Virus record (IMG/VR): IMGVR_UViG_3300032038_009890
Coordinates: 32,001 to 96,000 of that record
DNA from: a virus
Taxonomy: Duplodnaviria; Caudoviricetes
DNA length: 64,000 nucleotides
Direction: 5' to 3' (one strand)
The notes beneath the pieces are model-generated. The model saw only the letters and a list, made by a program, of their open reading frames with translations. It searched no databases and had not been told where the DNA came from. The translations under genes were made by a program, and so were the position numbers. Below, piece after piece: positions 49,976 through 60,487 of this stretch (the first letter of the stretch is position 1; every line of letters begins with the position of its first letter).

Positions 49976-50071
49976 ATATCTTTGCCATTCTTTTTAAGAA
50001 ATCAAAAATTGCCCCGCTTTGATATTCTCTCCACGGGACAATGCTATTATTAAGATGTTTGCTTAACTATA

Positions 50072-50100
50072 ATTATACGAATAATTTGGCAATTTGTCAA
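50072..50100 (-). promoter_or_regulatory. Consensus sigma-70/sigma-A promoter
   Basis: TTGACA-17 nt-TATAAT on the minus strand. Confidence 0.85.
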
Positions 50101-50133
50101 GCAGTTTTATTCTATAGTTACTTTACGCCTATC

Positions 50134-50514
50134 TTATTTATAAGTCTCTCTATAGGACTCATCGTAAAGTGGGTCAGTAACATGATCGTATGTGCTTAAA
50201 AGCGTATTGATCATAAGATCGATTACAAAATTATCGTATTTCTTCTTCGGATATTCGTCATAATACTGATAAAACTTATCTTCAAGATCAGCTTCACTCA
50301 TATTAGCGACCTCATCGTTATTTACGTTATCCTTAAGGAACTGGCAGAAAATCTGTACCACTTCGTCAATTCTATCTCTGATCTCAAAAGTAATATCATC
50401 AATATGCTTATGATATTTTTTGAGATAAGTCTGCCAAACAGGGTCTTTCTCAATAGCTTCCGCATGGTTATCAATATAATCCATCAGTTCTTGATTGCTA
50501 AAATACGCTTTCAT
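50134..50514 (-). CDS. Hypothetical protein
   Basis: TAATG coupling to the ligase C-half gene. Confidence 0.6.
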   Translation of the reverse strand: MKAYFSNQELMDYIDNHAEAIEKDPVWQTYLKKYHKHIDDITFEIRDRIDEVVQIFCQFLKDNVNNDEVANMSEADLEDKFYQYYDEYPKKKYDNFVIDLMINTLLSTYDHVTDPLYDESYRETYK

Positions 50515-52348
50515 TATTTTTCCCCTATCATGTGCAAGAAATCAACCTCAGAAATAATTGGAATACCAAGGTCCTGCGCCTTTTTATTCTTACTAGATGT
50601 GCTATTGATATCATTATTTATCAGGTAGCTTGTATTTTTACTTACTGAACTAGCCACCTTTCCTCCGAGAGCAGTAATCTTATTTACATACATATCACGG
50701 TTCCCACCATTAAGCTTTCCAGTGATTACAAAATTTTTGCCTACCAAAGAAACTCCCCGTAAATCCATTTCGCTAGAAGAATCAGTAGGATTAGTGGAGA
50801 GAATATCACCAGAAGTGCTATTGCCACCAATCCGAAGACAAGAAACAAGAGAACAAAGCTGATCACTATTATCACGGAACCAATTGTGGATATTATCGCT
50901 GATAACTCTTCCAAATCCATCTATCTCCTTAAAATCATATTTATTAGTTGCCGCCTTATCGAATGCCTCCCATTTCTTAAATTTATTGGCTAGGACTTTA
51001 CTCTGGGCAGGACCAATGCCGGGGATACTTAAAGCACAAATAAAATGCGCCAGATCAACATCACGGGACTTTTCGATGGCAGAGAGAAGCTTGTCAATTG
51101 ATCTTTTACCAAATCCAGGAACGGTCTCCAACCTTGCGCGATGGTCTTTTAAATTGTAGATGTCACTAAATCTATTGATGATTCCAAGGTTAATGAATAC
51201 CTCTAGATTCTTCTCGGAAAGCCCGTCAATATCCATGCCACGCTTGGAGACGAAGTGGACAAATCTTCCAAGGAGCTTGCCTGAGCAGTTGGGATTAGTA
51301 CAATAAAGCACTTCGCTATCATCTGTAAATTTTATAATTGTATTTTCGCCGCAATTTGGGCATTTTCGAGGTATATTAAAATAATCCAACATTTCTTCTT
51401 CATTCCTTATCAAGTATTCAGTGGTTTCAAGTTGCAGATCTTCTAATTTTAATAAATCTCTATGTTTATAAGGTATTCTTATGATCGGAATATTATTACG
51501 CAAACAATATAATGTTTTATATAGATCGTTATATCTGATCTTTTTATATTTTCGTTCAGCATCATCTTCGTCTGCCGCAAAATATAATTCCTGTTTAAAA
51601 TGTTGTCTGCCATCAAATTCTATTATATATTGTTTATTAACATAAAAATCAAAATATCCATAATATCCACTATCAGGGAATCTACATCCTTCAAAATATT
51701 TGCCCGTTTCATATTCTATATTCTTTTCATTAAATATTTCTTTTATTTTCTTTTCTCCATAAGACCCCTATAAACATCCACATGATATTTTTTTTGATTG
51801 TAATAAATCGTCACTTGTTGCTTCAATTTTTCTTCCACATTCGCATAAACAAAGCCACGTTGGTCTACAATTCTCATCTTGTTTTATTCTTTTTATTACT
51901 TTTAGCATTCCAAATGTTTGTCCAGTCAAATCAAATGCTCGGTTTTTGTTATTTTTTATAAGTATTTCTTTAGAAAGGCATCCACAAGAAGTCGTATTTC
52001 CACTTTTCAATCTTTCACTTGAAACATATATTTCATTATGTTCGTCACAACTACACCTACACTTCCATATCATTGTCCTTCTCTTATCATCTCTTCCTGC
52101 AAGATTTAAAACAGTTAATCTACCAAATACCTATCCAGTAAGATCCTCGTAACTATGATTTAAACATCCACATGATTTTTTTCTTCCACTCTTTAATTCA
52201 TATGTGCAAGCATAAACAATTGAATTTTCACTACCGCAATCACATATACATTTCCATATTATTTGTCCATCTTTACTTCTATCATTTGTTTTTTCTATTA
52301 CAGTTAGATTGCCAAATTTCTATCCAATTAAATTATATCCTTTTGCCA

Positions 52349-52349
<1 letters not shown>
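50514..52349 (-). CDS. Fusion of a Vsr/DUF559-like endonuclease (three CxCxC repeats) and the C-terminal half of NAD-dependent DNA ligase (Zn finger, HhH, BRCT), 611 aa; 3 TAG
   Basis: ATG 52349 overlaps the N-half stop (TAATG) with a GAGGAG SD. One frame with TAG at 52322, 52133 and 51770. GEKKIKE...FDFY...IEFDGRQH...NNIPIIRIPY, then IPRKCPNCG...YCTNPNC, MDIDGLSEK, LSIPGIG, FVITGKL...VASSVSKNT. Confidence 0.85.
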
Positions 52350-53455
<1,106 letters not shown>

Positions 53456-53460
53456 TCACC

Positions 53461-55487
53461 TCAAAAATAAGCAGTTCTCGTTTCATTAGTGTCGTGATTA
53501 ATAATAGTAACTCTTCGTTCCTTACCACTGAAGTCAACATCATAATTATCTTCCGACATTATTCTAACATATTCATCATAATTAATTTCGCCAGAATCAA
53601 GACGATTTCCCGCATCAATCCATTTATTGTACAGATAATCACCCATAGCTTCTTTAAAAGCTAAACTCATATTTTCGTCCATATTACCCCTCTCTTACGA
53701 ACAGATATGTGCCTTTATGCTTGCCACGATTTTCATATATAAATTCGCCGCCGGGCATAAATCTTCTCACATAGTAATTAATACTATGCTTTTCTCCCCA
53801 TATCTCTTGTAACTTTCCTACGATTTCATCAACTTTAGTTTTTGTATAATGTCTGCCAGATTTTATATTCTCATTGCGAAACAGATTGACGCTTCTTCTA
53901 TATATTTCCTCGCTTGTCATAATCTAAATTTCCCATCCTTATCACGGCGAATCCCCGGAAGTAAATTCAGACTCTTTACTTCTTGCAGATCAAACGTATC
54001 ATCATCCACGTCTACAAACTTCTGGCCTAATCCACTCAGAGTCAGCGCATAAATCTCAAGAAACTTCTCCGTAATCCCTTCAGTGATCGTTGCTGTATTC
54101 TTCATACGTCCATCATCATTTTCCCAGAGTCAACCGTGATAAGGCGCTTCGCTCTGCCAGTAATCGAGATAGAAGATGTTCTTCTCGTAGAATTCTTCTA
54201 ACTTAGTTTTCAGATCGACAAGTTCGTTAAATAATCCCACCATTGGCACTGGGCGGAGATCATATTCCTCGATTAGCTTGTTGATTTCTTCATGCGAATA
54301 CTCAAAATTGCCATGCTTAGTAAGACATGATTTGAATTTCATAGGCTTAATGTCCTCCAAGTTTTAAATCTTTCCCACAACGAAGGATGCTCTTCGTCAT
54401 ACGCCTTTTGAATTTCATTCATTAGGTGTAGAAAAATTGCCGTTTCGGTATATCCACCGATAGGAATCCCAGAGTTAACCTTTGTATGCATATCTACGAA
54501 TTCCTCGACATATTCTTCGCCGAACTCTCTCCTGACGTATTCTTTGCCAAAGTCGAGAAGGGATTTCTTTTTTCTAAAAAACATATTCACACCTCACGGA
54601 CAGCCATCAAGCGCCCAATTCAAAACCCTGATTAGATTCTTAATATCTCTTTCCTCAAATATCAAAAAGCACGAATCTTCATCATAATCATAATCACAGG
54701 TGTCAACTGTTTCAAAGAAACCGTTATATCTTCCATCTCCTCCATCATCATTGATAACGCCACAAGATGCATCTGTACCGTTATCATCTAATTCTATCTG
54801 CATATTATTGCATCGTTCATCACCAAGAACATGACAAACACCATTAAATCCTAGGTTATCATATTTTCCATCACATGAACCGCAGATAACATTCAACCCA
54901 TAATATTCCATGTCACCATTATTGTATTTTGGATTACACTCTTGTGCAAACTCTGCAAACACAGTGCCATTCGGCATCTTAGCCAGTTCAGGCTGAGTAA
55001 CTATTTTCATTTTATTCCCCCTTTCTTATCATCCAGCTTCTCCGATTAATAATCAAAATAGCCAACTCTCGTTTCATTTTTATCACGATCAACAAAAGTA
55101 ATCTTACTTCTCTTAACATCAAATATAAGAGTATGATTTCCTGATACCATCCTCTCATACTCCTCGTAATTTATCTCATTACGCTCAAGCTTATCACCAG
55201 CCTCGACCCACTTATTATAAAACTCTTCACCCATAGCCAACTTAAATGCCTTTGCTAATTTTTCATTCATCTTTATTTGCCCTTTCATTAATCTCGTCCC
55301 AGATTCTGGGAGTAATCTCATAGTATCTCTCAGGCGGAGCATACGGGTCTTTTTCCTCTACATACTGCATAGCGAAAAAATCGTAGTACCCATGCTTACC
55401 TTTCTTTTCTAGTTCCTTAAATGTGCGCTCGATTATATCTGCGTTATAATCGAGCGCTGCACAGTTCTCAACAACATCTTTATACAT
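53461..55487 (-). CDS. Eight small hypothetical genes
   Basis: Coupled ORFs; 53461..53682 and 55046..55342 are paralogs. Confidence 0.55.
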
Positions 55488-55505
55488 TTTTTCTCTCTTC
55501 TAATA

Positions 55506-55532
55506 CAAAGGGCGCATCCGAAGATACGCCCT
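55506..55532 (-). terminator. C(UUCG)G hairpin/terminator
   Basis: Minus strand GGGCGTATC-TTCG-GATGCGCCC-TTT. Confidence 0.6.
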
Positions 55533-55542
55533 GTAGTTTTCA

Positions 55543-55923
55543 TCAGTCCTTCAACAACTTCTCCAGTTCCTCTACGCTCATGCTCTCCAGAGCATTATCC
55601 TTCTTCTTCTCGATAATATCCATAATCTTCTGGTTCCTAGCCCTCTTCTCCACAGCATCCTTAGCCCTCTGCTGTTCGGCAAGCTTATCCTCTACGATCT
55701 CCTTAACAATCGCAATCTTCTCGCTAAGAACCGTATCCTCAGCATTTGCCTGAGTTAAGAGGGATTCCTCACTCTTCTGGCGCTCAATCTGCTTCAGCTT
55801 CTTATATACGGTGTCAAGGTCCCTAACATTCAGGTCCCAGAGATCCTCGACAGTAATCGCTCCCCGAAAATCAAAGCGATACTTCTTCCTCACAGCATTC
55901 TTAAAAAGATTCACATCAGCCAT
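55543..55923 (-). CDS. Coiled-coil protein, partner of the upstream 684-aa gene
   Basis: LFKNAVRKKYRF..RGAITVEDLWDL; strong AAG/GAG codon bias. Confidence 0.7.
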   Translation of the reverse strand: MADVNLFKNAVRKKYRFDFRGAITVEDLWDLNVRDLDTVYKKLKQIERQKSEESLLTQANAEDTVLSEKIAIVKEIVEDKLAEQQRAKDAVEKRARNQKIMDIIEKKKDNALESMSVEELEKLLKD

Positions 55924-55936
55924 TTTCTTTTCTCCT

Positions 55937-57991
55937 TTAAAACTTAATCTTCATAGTGCGCTCGGTTGCGCCACAAACTTTGACAACAAGCTCCGCCCTC
56001 TTAGTAGTGCTGAAACCAAGTCCAGATAACTGATCATCACAGTCCTCAACGTGTACTTTCGTGCCCATAGCTTCCATAACCTTGCGATGCGCAGGATAAA
56101 GCTCTGCGTTAAGGTACTCGTTATAGAACCCATTCGGGGCTTCAGGATTCACGCAGTCCTTCAGCATAAAGAAATAATGCTTATTTCCGCTAGGATTCTC
56201 GCCCCAATAGTTAGGAGACAAACAAATCACACTCACAGGAACAAAATCGTTAGTGGTAACTCCCCAGATATCCTTGGAAGACAAGTCAGACGACAGATAT
56301 TCCTTAATAGAGAACTGACCATTCTTATCAAGAGTCACGTCTGCAACCTTAACATCCGCACCTCCACGAGTATCCCGAGTGTAGTTGTACTGCCTAATCT
56401 CTCCGTTGTACTCAATCTCTGCCCTGAATCCGCCGTGACCACCACGCCCAGTATAGGTATTTACAAAGAACTGATAGGTTCCAATGGGCATCCTACTTAA
56501 GTCAGGCCAAGTGATATTCTCCACGGCAGGAACACCTTTACTAGGATTAATGATATCAATATCCAGATTGCCACCAGTACGGCTAAGCTTATGACCGTAG
56601 TAAATGTGCGTTCCGCCCTTCGGCTCAATACAGTGCGCATCTTCATCATTCTTATTCCATCCAGTAGGGTCATCATTCCACTGGATAGAAAATCTCAGAA
56701 CGCCGTCAACCTTACCTCCGGCAGACTTCACATTCCGCTTAATAACAGAGTCCGTTACATTTCCAGAGTAAGCCCACGAGAAGTTGTTGTTCCACTTAAA
56801 CATCGTCTTGCTCTCGGCAACAACAGGTGCAATCAGAGAGACAAAGTTCTGCTCATGCTTACTCTCAACATAAGCAAATACCTCAGTAGCAGTAGGTAAA
56901 ACATTCGCAATGAAATCCTCGATGCCAATCTCCTCAACCTTAGAAAACTTTTTGGCGGAGGTCTTAACATCTTTTGCCATACTAGCAAAGATATCATTAG
57001 CATCGGCAACTCTCTTTGCCGTGTCCCTGTTAATAAAGAGAATATCCCTGACACTGATATCATCAGCACGAGCAAATCTTCTCCTCAGAGAGTCGAGATA
57101 GCCAAGCTCCGTAATCTTCTTCTGAGCATCCTCAAGCATTCTCTTCGTAAAGATAGGCTTAGAACGCTTGTAGTTCTGCGGAGCAACAACAGCTTCGTAC
57201 TTGCGTACAGCTTCGTCTAACTCAGTCCCAGAAGAAATATCAAGAAGCAAAGTACCGATTGCCGTGTTCTTAATCCTTGCTACACTTACAGGAGTCTTGA
57301 TATTCTCCCAGACAAAATAGTTCTTCTCGGCATCAGTGGTCAGTGCATCATACTTCTTCTTAAACTGAATGAATCCCTCAACAGCTTTCTGATACTCAAC
57401 TCCACGGTAAATAGAATCTTGCTTGATAAGTTCCAGTACCGTATAGAGAGAATCCAAGGTAATCTGTTCCAACGAATTCGAAAAAGCGATCTTGGTGTTA
57501 CTAAACTCTCCCATATAAGTTCCAATGTCAAATTTGTTAACATAGAACTTATCAGGAATCTTAACAAAGAAATGGTCATACCTTATCTGCTCTCCAGATT
57601 CAGTACGCTCAAAGTCATAGTTGCAGCCGTAGCTCGGCTCCGTCTTAGCAAAAACAGACTGGATAGGTCTGGAGTCCTTGATATATGCCGACATTTCAGC
57701 ACAAACAGCGTTCCAAATCTTGTCATCCATCTGAATATCCCAGACAGATTCCAGAACACCATCCTTGATTGCAACTACATTGCCGACTTCCTTAATAAAG
57801 TGCCGACATGTAGAGCAGTCATACTCACGATTCGTGCGGTAGATAGGATTCATCTGCGGAGGGATTGCATCGAGATACCTATTCCACATCTCATCCTTAT
57901 CTACGTTGACCAAGTAAAGAGTATCCCTCTTGTCAAACATAGTTTTGAGATGTTTCTCTACTTCCTGTTTAATCTTCTTAAAATCCAGCAT
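55937..57991 (-). CDS. 684-aa protein with a YfaP/DUF2135-like domain
   Basis: REYDCSTCRHFI; LRFSIQWN...DEDAHCIEP...IYYG...GNLDID...VENITW...GTYQFFV; AAGGAG SD. Confidence 0.7.
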   Translation of the reverse strand: MLDFKKIKQEVEKHLKTMFDKRDTLYLVNVDKDEMWNRYLDAIPPQMNPIYRTNREYDCSTCRHFIKEVGNVVAIKDGVLESVWDIQMDDKIWNAVCAEMSAYIKDSRPIQSVFAKTEPSYGCNYDFERTESGEQIRYDHFFVKIPDKFYVNKFDIGTYMGEFSNTKIAFSNSLEQITLDSLYTVLELIKQDSIYRGVEYQKAVEGFIQFKKKYDALTTDAEKNYFVWENIKTPVSVARIKNTAIGTLLLDISSGTELDEAVRKYEAVVAPQNYKRSKPIFTKRMLEDAQKKITELGYLDSLRRRFARADDISVRDILFINRDTAKRVADANDIFASMAKDVKTSAKKFSKVEEIGIEDFIANVLPTATEVFAYVESKHEQNFVSLIAPVVAESKTMFKWNNNFSWAYSGNVTDSVIKRNVKSAGGKVDGVLRFSIQWNDDPTGWNKNDEDAHCIEPKGGTHIYYGHKLSRTGGNLDIDIINPSKGVPAVENITWPDLSRMPIGTYQFFVNTYTGRGGHGGFRAEIEYNGEIRQYNYTRDTRGGADVKVADVTLDKNGQFSIKEYLSSDLSSKDIWGVTTNDFVPVSVICLSPNYWGENPSGNKHYFFMLKDCVNPEAPNGFYNEYLNAELYPAHRKVMEAMGTKVHVEDCDDQLSGLGFSTTKRAELVVKVCGATERTMKIKF

Positions 57992-58046
57992 AATTTCTCC
58001 TTAAGAGCGCATCATTTAAGATACGCCCTATTCTAGCCATCTCTGA

Positions 58047-58061
58047 AGTTTTCAAGGAACA
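58047..58061 (-). promoter_or_regulatory. boxA-like antitermination element
   Basis: TGTTCCTTGAAAACT, intergenic; resembles Firmicutes rrn boxA. Confidence 0.55.
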
Positions 58062-58072
58062 GATATAACTAA

Positions 58073-59077
58073 TCAGTGAATATTTACCGTGCATCCTTCA
58101 GGGCAAATCTCATACATCTCTTCGGCAAAGCACGGGTCAAGATTTACACAGCCAAGACTTCCGCTTGTTTCGTAGATGTCCCCGCCAAAATCAGAACGCC
58201 AATTCGCATCGTGGAATCCACAGCCTCCACAGAACGGCATCCAGTAATCCACTGGTCTTCGATAGTTTTCGCCAGTCAGAACTGTGTTTTGTTCCTTACT
58301 GTAGATCGTGTACTGCCCACACGGTGTATCAGTCATTCCCGCAGTTCCTGTTACGCAATCACCAGAAAGGATAACCGTGGTTCCGCAGTAGACGTTCACG
58401 ACTTGAGCGGAGATGTCAACGTCAACCCAGATTTCTCCCTCATCATAGAAAGAGAAATATCCTTCGCAATCCTCGTCGTCGTCATAGTACTCGGCGTCCT
58501 CATATACAGGATAGCCATCATACTCAAGACGATCACAGGCCCACGGCGTAGTCTCATCATACTGGGCAGGGATAATGTCTGGCTCATACTCATAAGCAGA
58601 TTCGTCGGGACAGGTCTCCTCAGAATCCTGTTCATAATAGTATTCGCCTTGACTTCCACATCCTCCATATTCTGTTGGATGTTCATATTCATAGCAGGTG
58701 CCGCCGTAAAGATAGACACTTGCTACAGTTCCATAACAGCCAGTGGTGTAGTCATAGATGATCGTCCTCGACGGGTTATCAGGGCATTGACCTAAAATCT
58801 GCACGGAACTACCCGCGTCAACGGTACCAATAACATTCCCGCAGTCATCACGCAGGTTAGCCCAGTGGGCCATCACTGATCCTCCATTACAGACCTGATA
58901 AGTCTGACGAGGGTAATCAGCAACGCAATAATCATAATCCTCCTCCCAGTCCTCATCCCAGTCCTCGTCAAGAGGATAGATGTATTCCGGGGCACACGGA
59001 TTGTAAACCTCGGTGCAACCAAACACAGATGTCCCAACCATCAATGCGCATAACGCGCCAACAACATATTTATTCAT
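58073..59077 (-). CDS. Lipoprotein L,D-transpeptidase (YkuD family) with an SH3-like domain
   Basis: Signal peptide and lipobox VFG-C; VDVDISAQ, CVTG...TPCG, YWMPF...GFHDANWR...GSLGCVNL. Confidence 0.85.
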   Translation of the reverse strand: MNKYVVGALCALMVGTSVFGCTEVYNPCAPEYIYPLDEDWDEDWEEDYDYCVADYPRQTYQVCNGGSVMAHWANLRDDCGNVIGTVDAGSSVQILGQCPDNPSRTIIYDYTTGCYGTVASVYLYGGTCYEYEHPTEYGGCGSQGEYYYEQDSEETCPDESAYEYEPDIIPAQYDETTPWACDRLEYDGYPVYEDAEYYDDDEDCEGYFSFYDEGEIWVDVDISAQVVNVYCGTTVILSGDCVTGTAGMTDTPCGQYTIYSKEQNTVLTGENYRRPVDYWMPFCGGCGFHDANWRSDFGGDIYETSGSLGCVNLDPCFAEEMYEICPEGCTVNIH

Positions 59078-59123
59078 GGTTTTTCCTCCTTGTGTAAAAG
59101 GTGATATTCACCTAACAATCTAA

Positions 59124-59151
59124 ATTATACGGATTTATCCCTATATGTCAA
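59124..59151 (-). promoter_or_regulatory. Consensus sigma-70/sigma-A promoter
   Basis: TTGACA-16 nt-TATAAT on the minus strand. Confidence 0.8.
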
Positions 59152-59175
59152 TAGTCTTCGCCTGTAAATGTTACT

Positions 59176-59728
59176 TCATTCATTAAGGTAACCTTCGTCA
59201 TCATCTTCCTCTTCATCATAATCATCTACATAGCGAATCGACCCATTAGGATATCTATATCCAACTATCATCCCTAGTTCTCGGACTGGATGAGAAGCGG
59301 CGTATTCGTCACAATACTCCCCATAATCCGCATCTATCTCATATAGAAAACTCATGTCTTTCCTCATGGATTATATAACAATCAAGGTCTAAGAGGTTCG
59401 CCGGGGCCTTTTGGCCCAAGTAATTCTTAATCGTTGTTGGTATATCATCCTGTTCCCAGTAGAGATAATTCTTTGGATCGATGTCTCTTATATCACACAG
59501 TAATGTTAAAGAAAAGTCTCCGCAATATCCATCACTGGTCATAATGTAATACTCTCCAACTCTTGCGATCAGACAGATATCAGGAATCATAACCTTGACA
59601 TTATCTATATCCAAGATATCATTCCCATACTCAATAATATACGGACAATATTCATATTCTATTGGCACATTTGCCAACTCTTCTTCGACATCACCTAGTC
59701 TTGTTTTAGCAATAAACGAAGTCAACAT
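59176..59728 (-). CDS. Two acidic hypothetical ORFs (59176-59367, 59339-59728)
   Basis: Overlapping, coupled ORFs. Confidence 0.5.
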
Positions 59729-60207
59729 TTAAACAATCCTCTGGCATAATAATAAAAATAGCCATATATAAACTGCCCAGTATATTTCTTATCTTCTAGA
59801 AAAATAACTGGGATACCATATTGATGCCACATACTAAATAGACTCGCCCAAAAAGCCTTTGGCGCGAAGCCTGTATTATAATCGCCGTCTACAAGCTTAC
59901 TATAGGAGGAATTCTCAATAAGCAGAATTTTGTTTTGTGGGGCGCGGGAGAATTCGCGCTTTATTCTACTTTTATCTATGGTTATGTTTCTAGATATTTC
60001 TTCTAAGTTAGCCTTGCGTTCTACAATAATCTCAGAAGATAGGTCAATATCTTCCATAATTCCATACTCGGGAGAATTCCTGATAAGCGGAGCATAATCC
60101 CCGGCATTCAACTTGCGCCTCTCCCAAGAGATTCCTTTTTTATCAAAATACGTCAGGATATGATCGTTCTTGCCCTGCTTCTCGCGTGTATCAACAAGAA
60201 TTGTCAT
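59722..60207 (-). CDS. ERCC4-domain structure-specific nuclease
   Basis: ILVDTREK, LNAGDY, IVERK, LLIE. Confidence 0.85.
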   Translation of the reverse strand: MTILVDTREKQGKNDHILTYFDKKGISWERRKLNAGDYAPLIRNSPEYGIMEDIDLSSEIIVERKANLEEISRNITIDKSRIKREFSRAPQNKILLIENSSYSKLVDGDYNTGFAPKAFWASLFSMWHQYGIPVIFLEDKKYTGQFIYGYFYYYARGLFKC

Positions 60208-60250
60208 ATTCTGAAGTATATTTTTTATCTATGTATCTGTATATCCTTTA

Positions 60251-60487
60251 TTAAATTTCATCTTTATACTCTCCTTGTAACCATTTCGAAATAGCAAGCG
60301 AACATTTTTTAGCGCTACATGATCTATTACTATTTTCTTTAATGTCACAATACTCACACTGAAAAGGCTCTTGATTATCAAACTTATAAAGTAGTTTTGC
60401 AAGCTCATAATGATTAGTTGCTAATTTAAACTTCTGGAAGTTTGTCATGTTATCTCCCCATCTAGAATATAATATCTTTCTAACCAA
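60251..60487 (-). CDS. Small Cys-rich hypothetical protein
   Basis: CEYC...C...C...WL; true start probably MTNFQK, coupled to the dnaE stop. Confidence 0.5.
   Translation of the reverse strand: MVRKILYSRWGDNMTNFQKFKLATNHYELAKLLYKFDNQEPFQCEYCDIKENSNRSCSAKKCSLAISKWLQGEYKDEI

Noticed and set aside
55951-58795. Long antisense or alternate-frame ORFs (e.g. 57419..58036, 58076..58795)
   Set aside because: Shadows of strongly codon-biased minus-strand genes; no SD or recognisable motifs.
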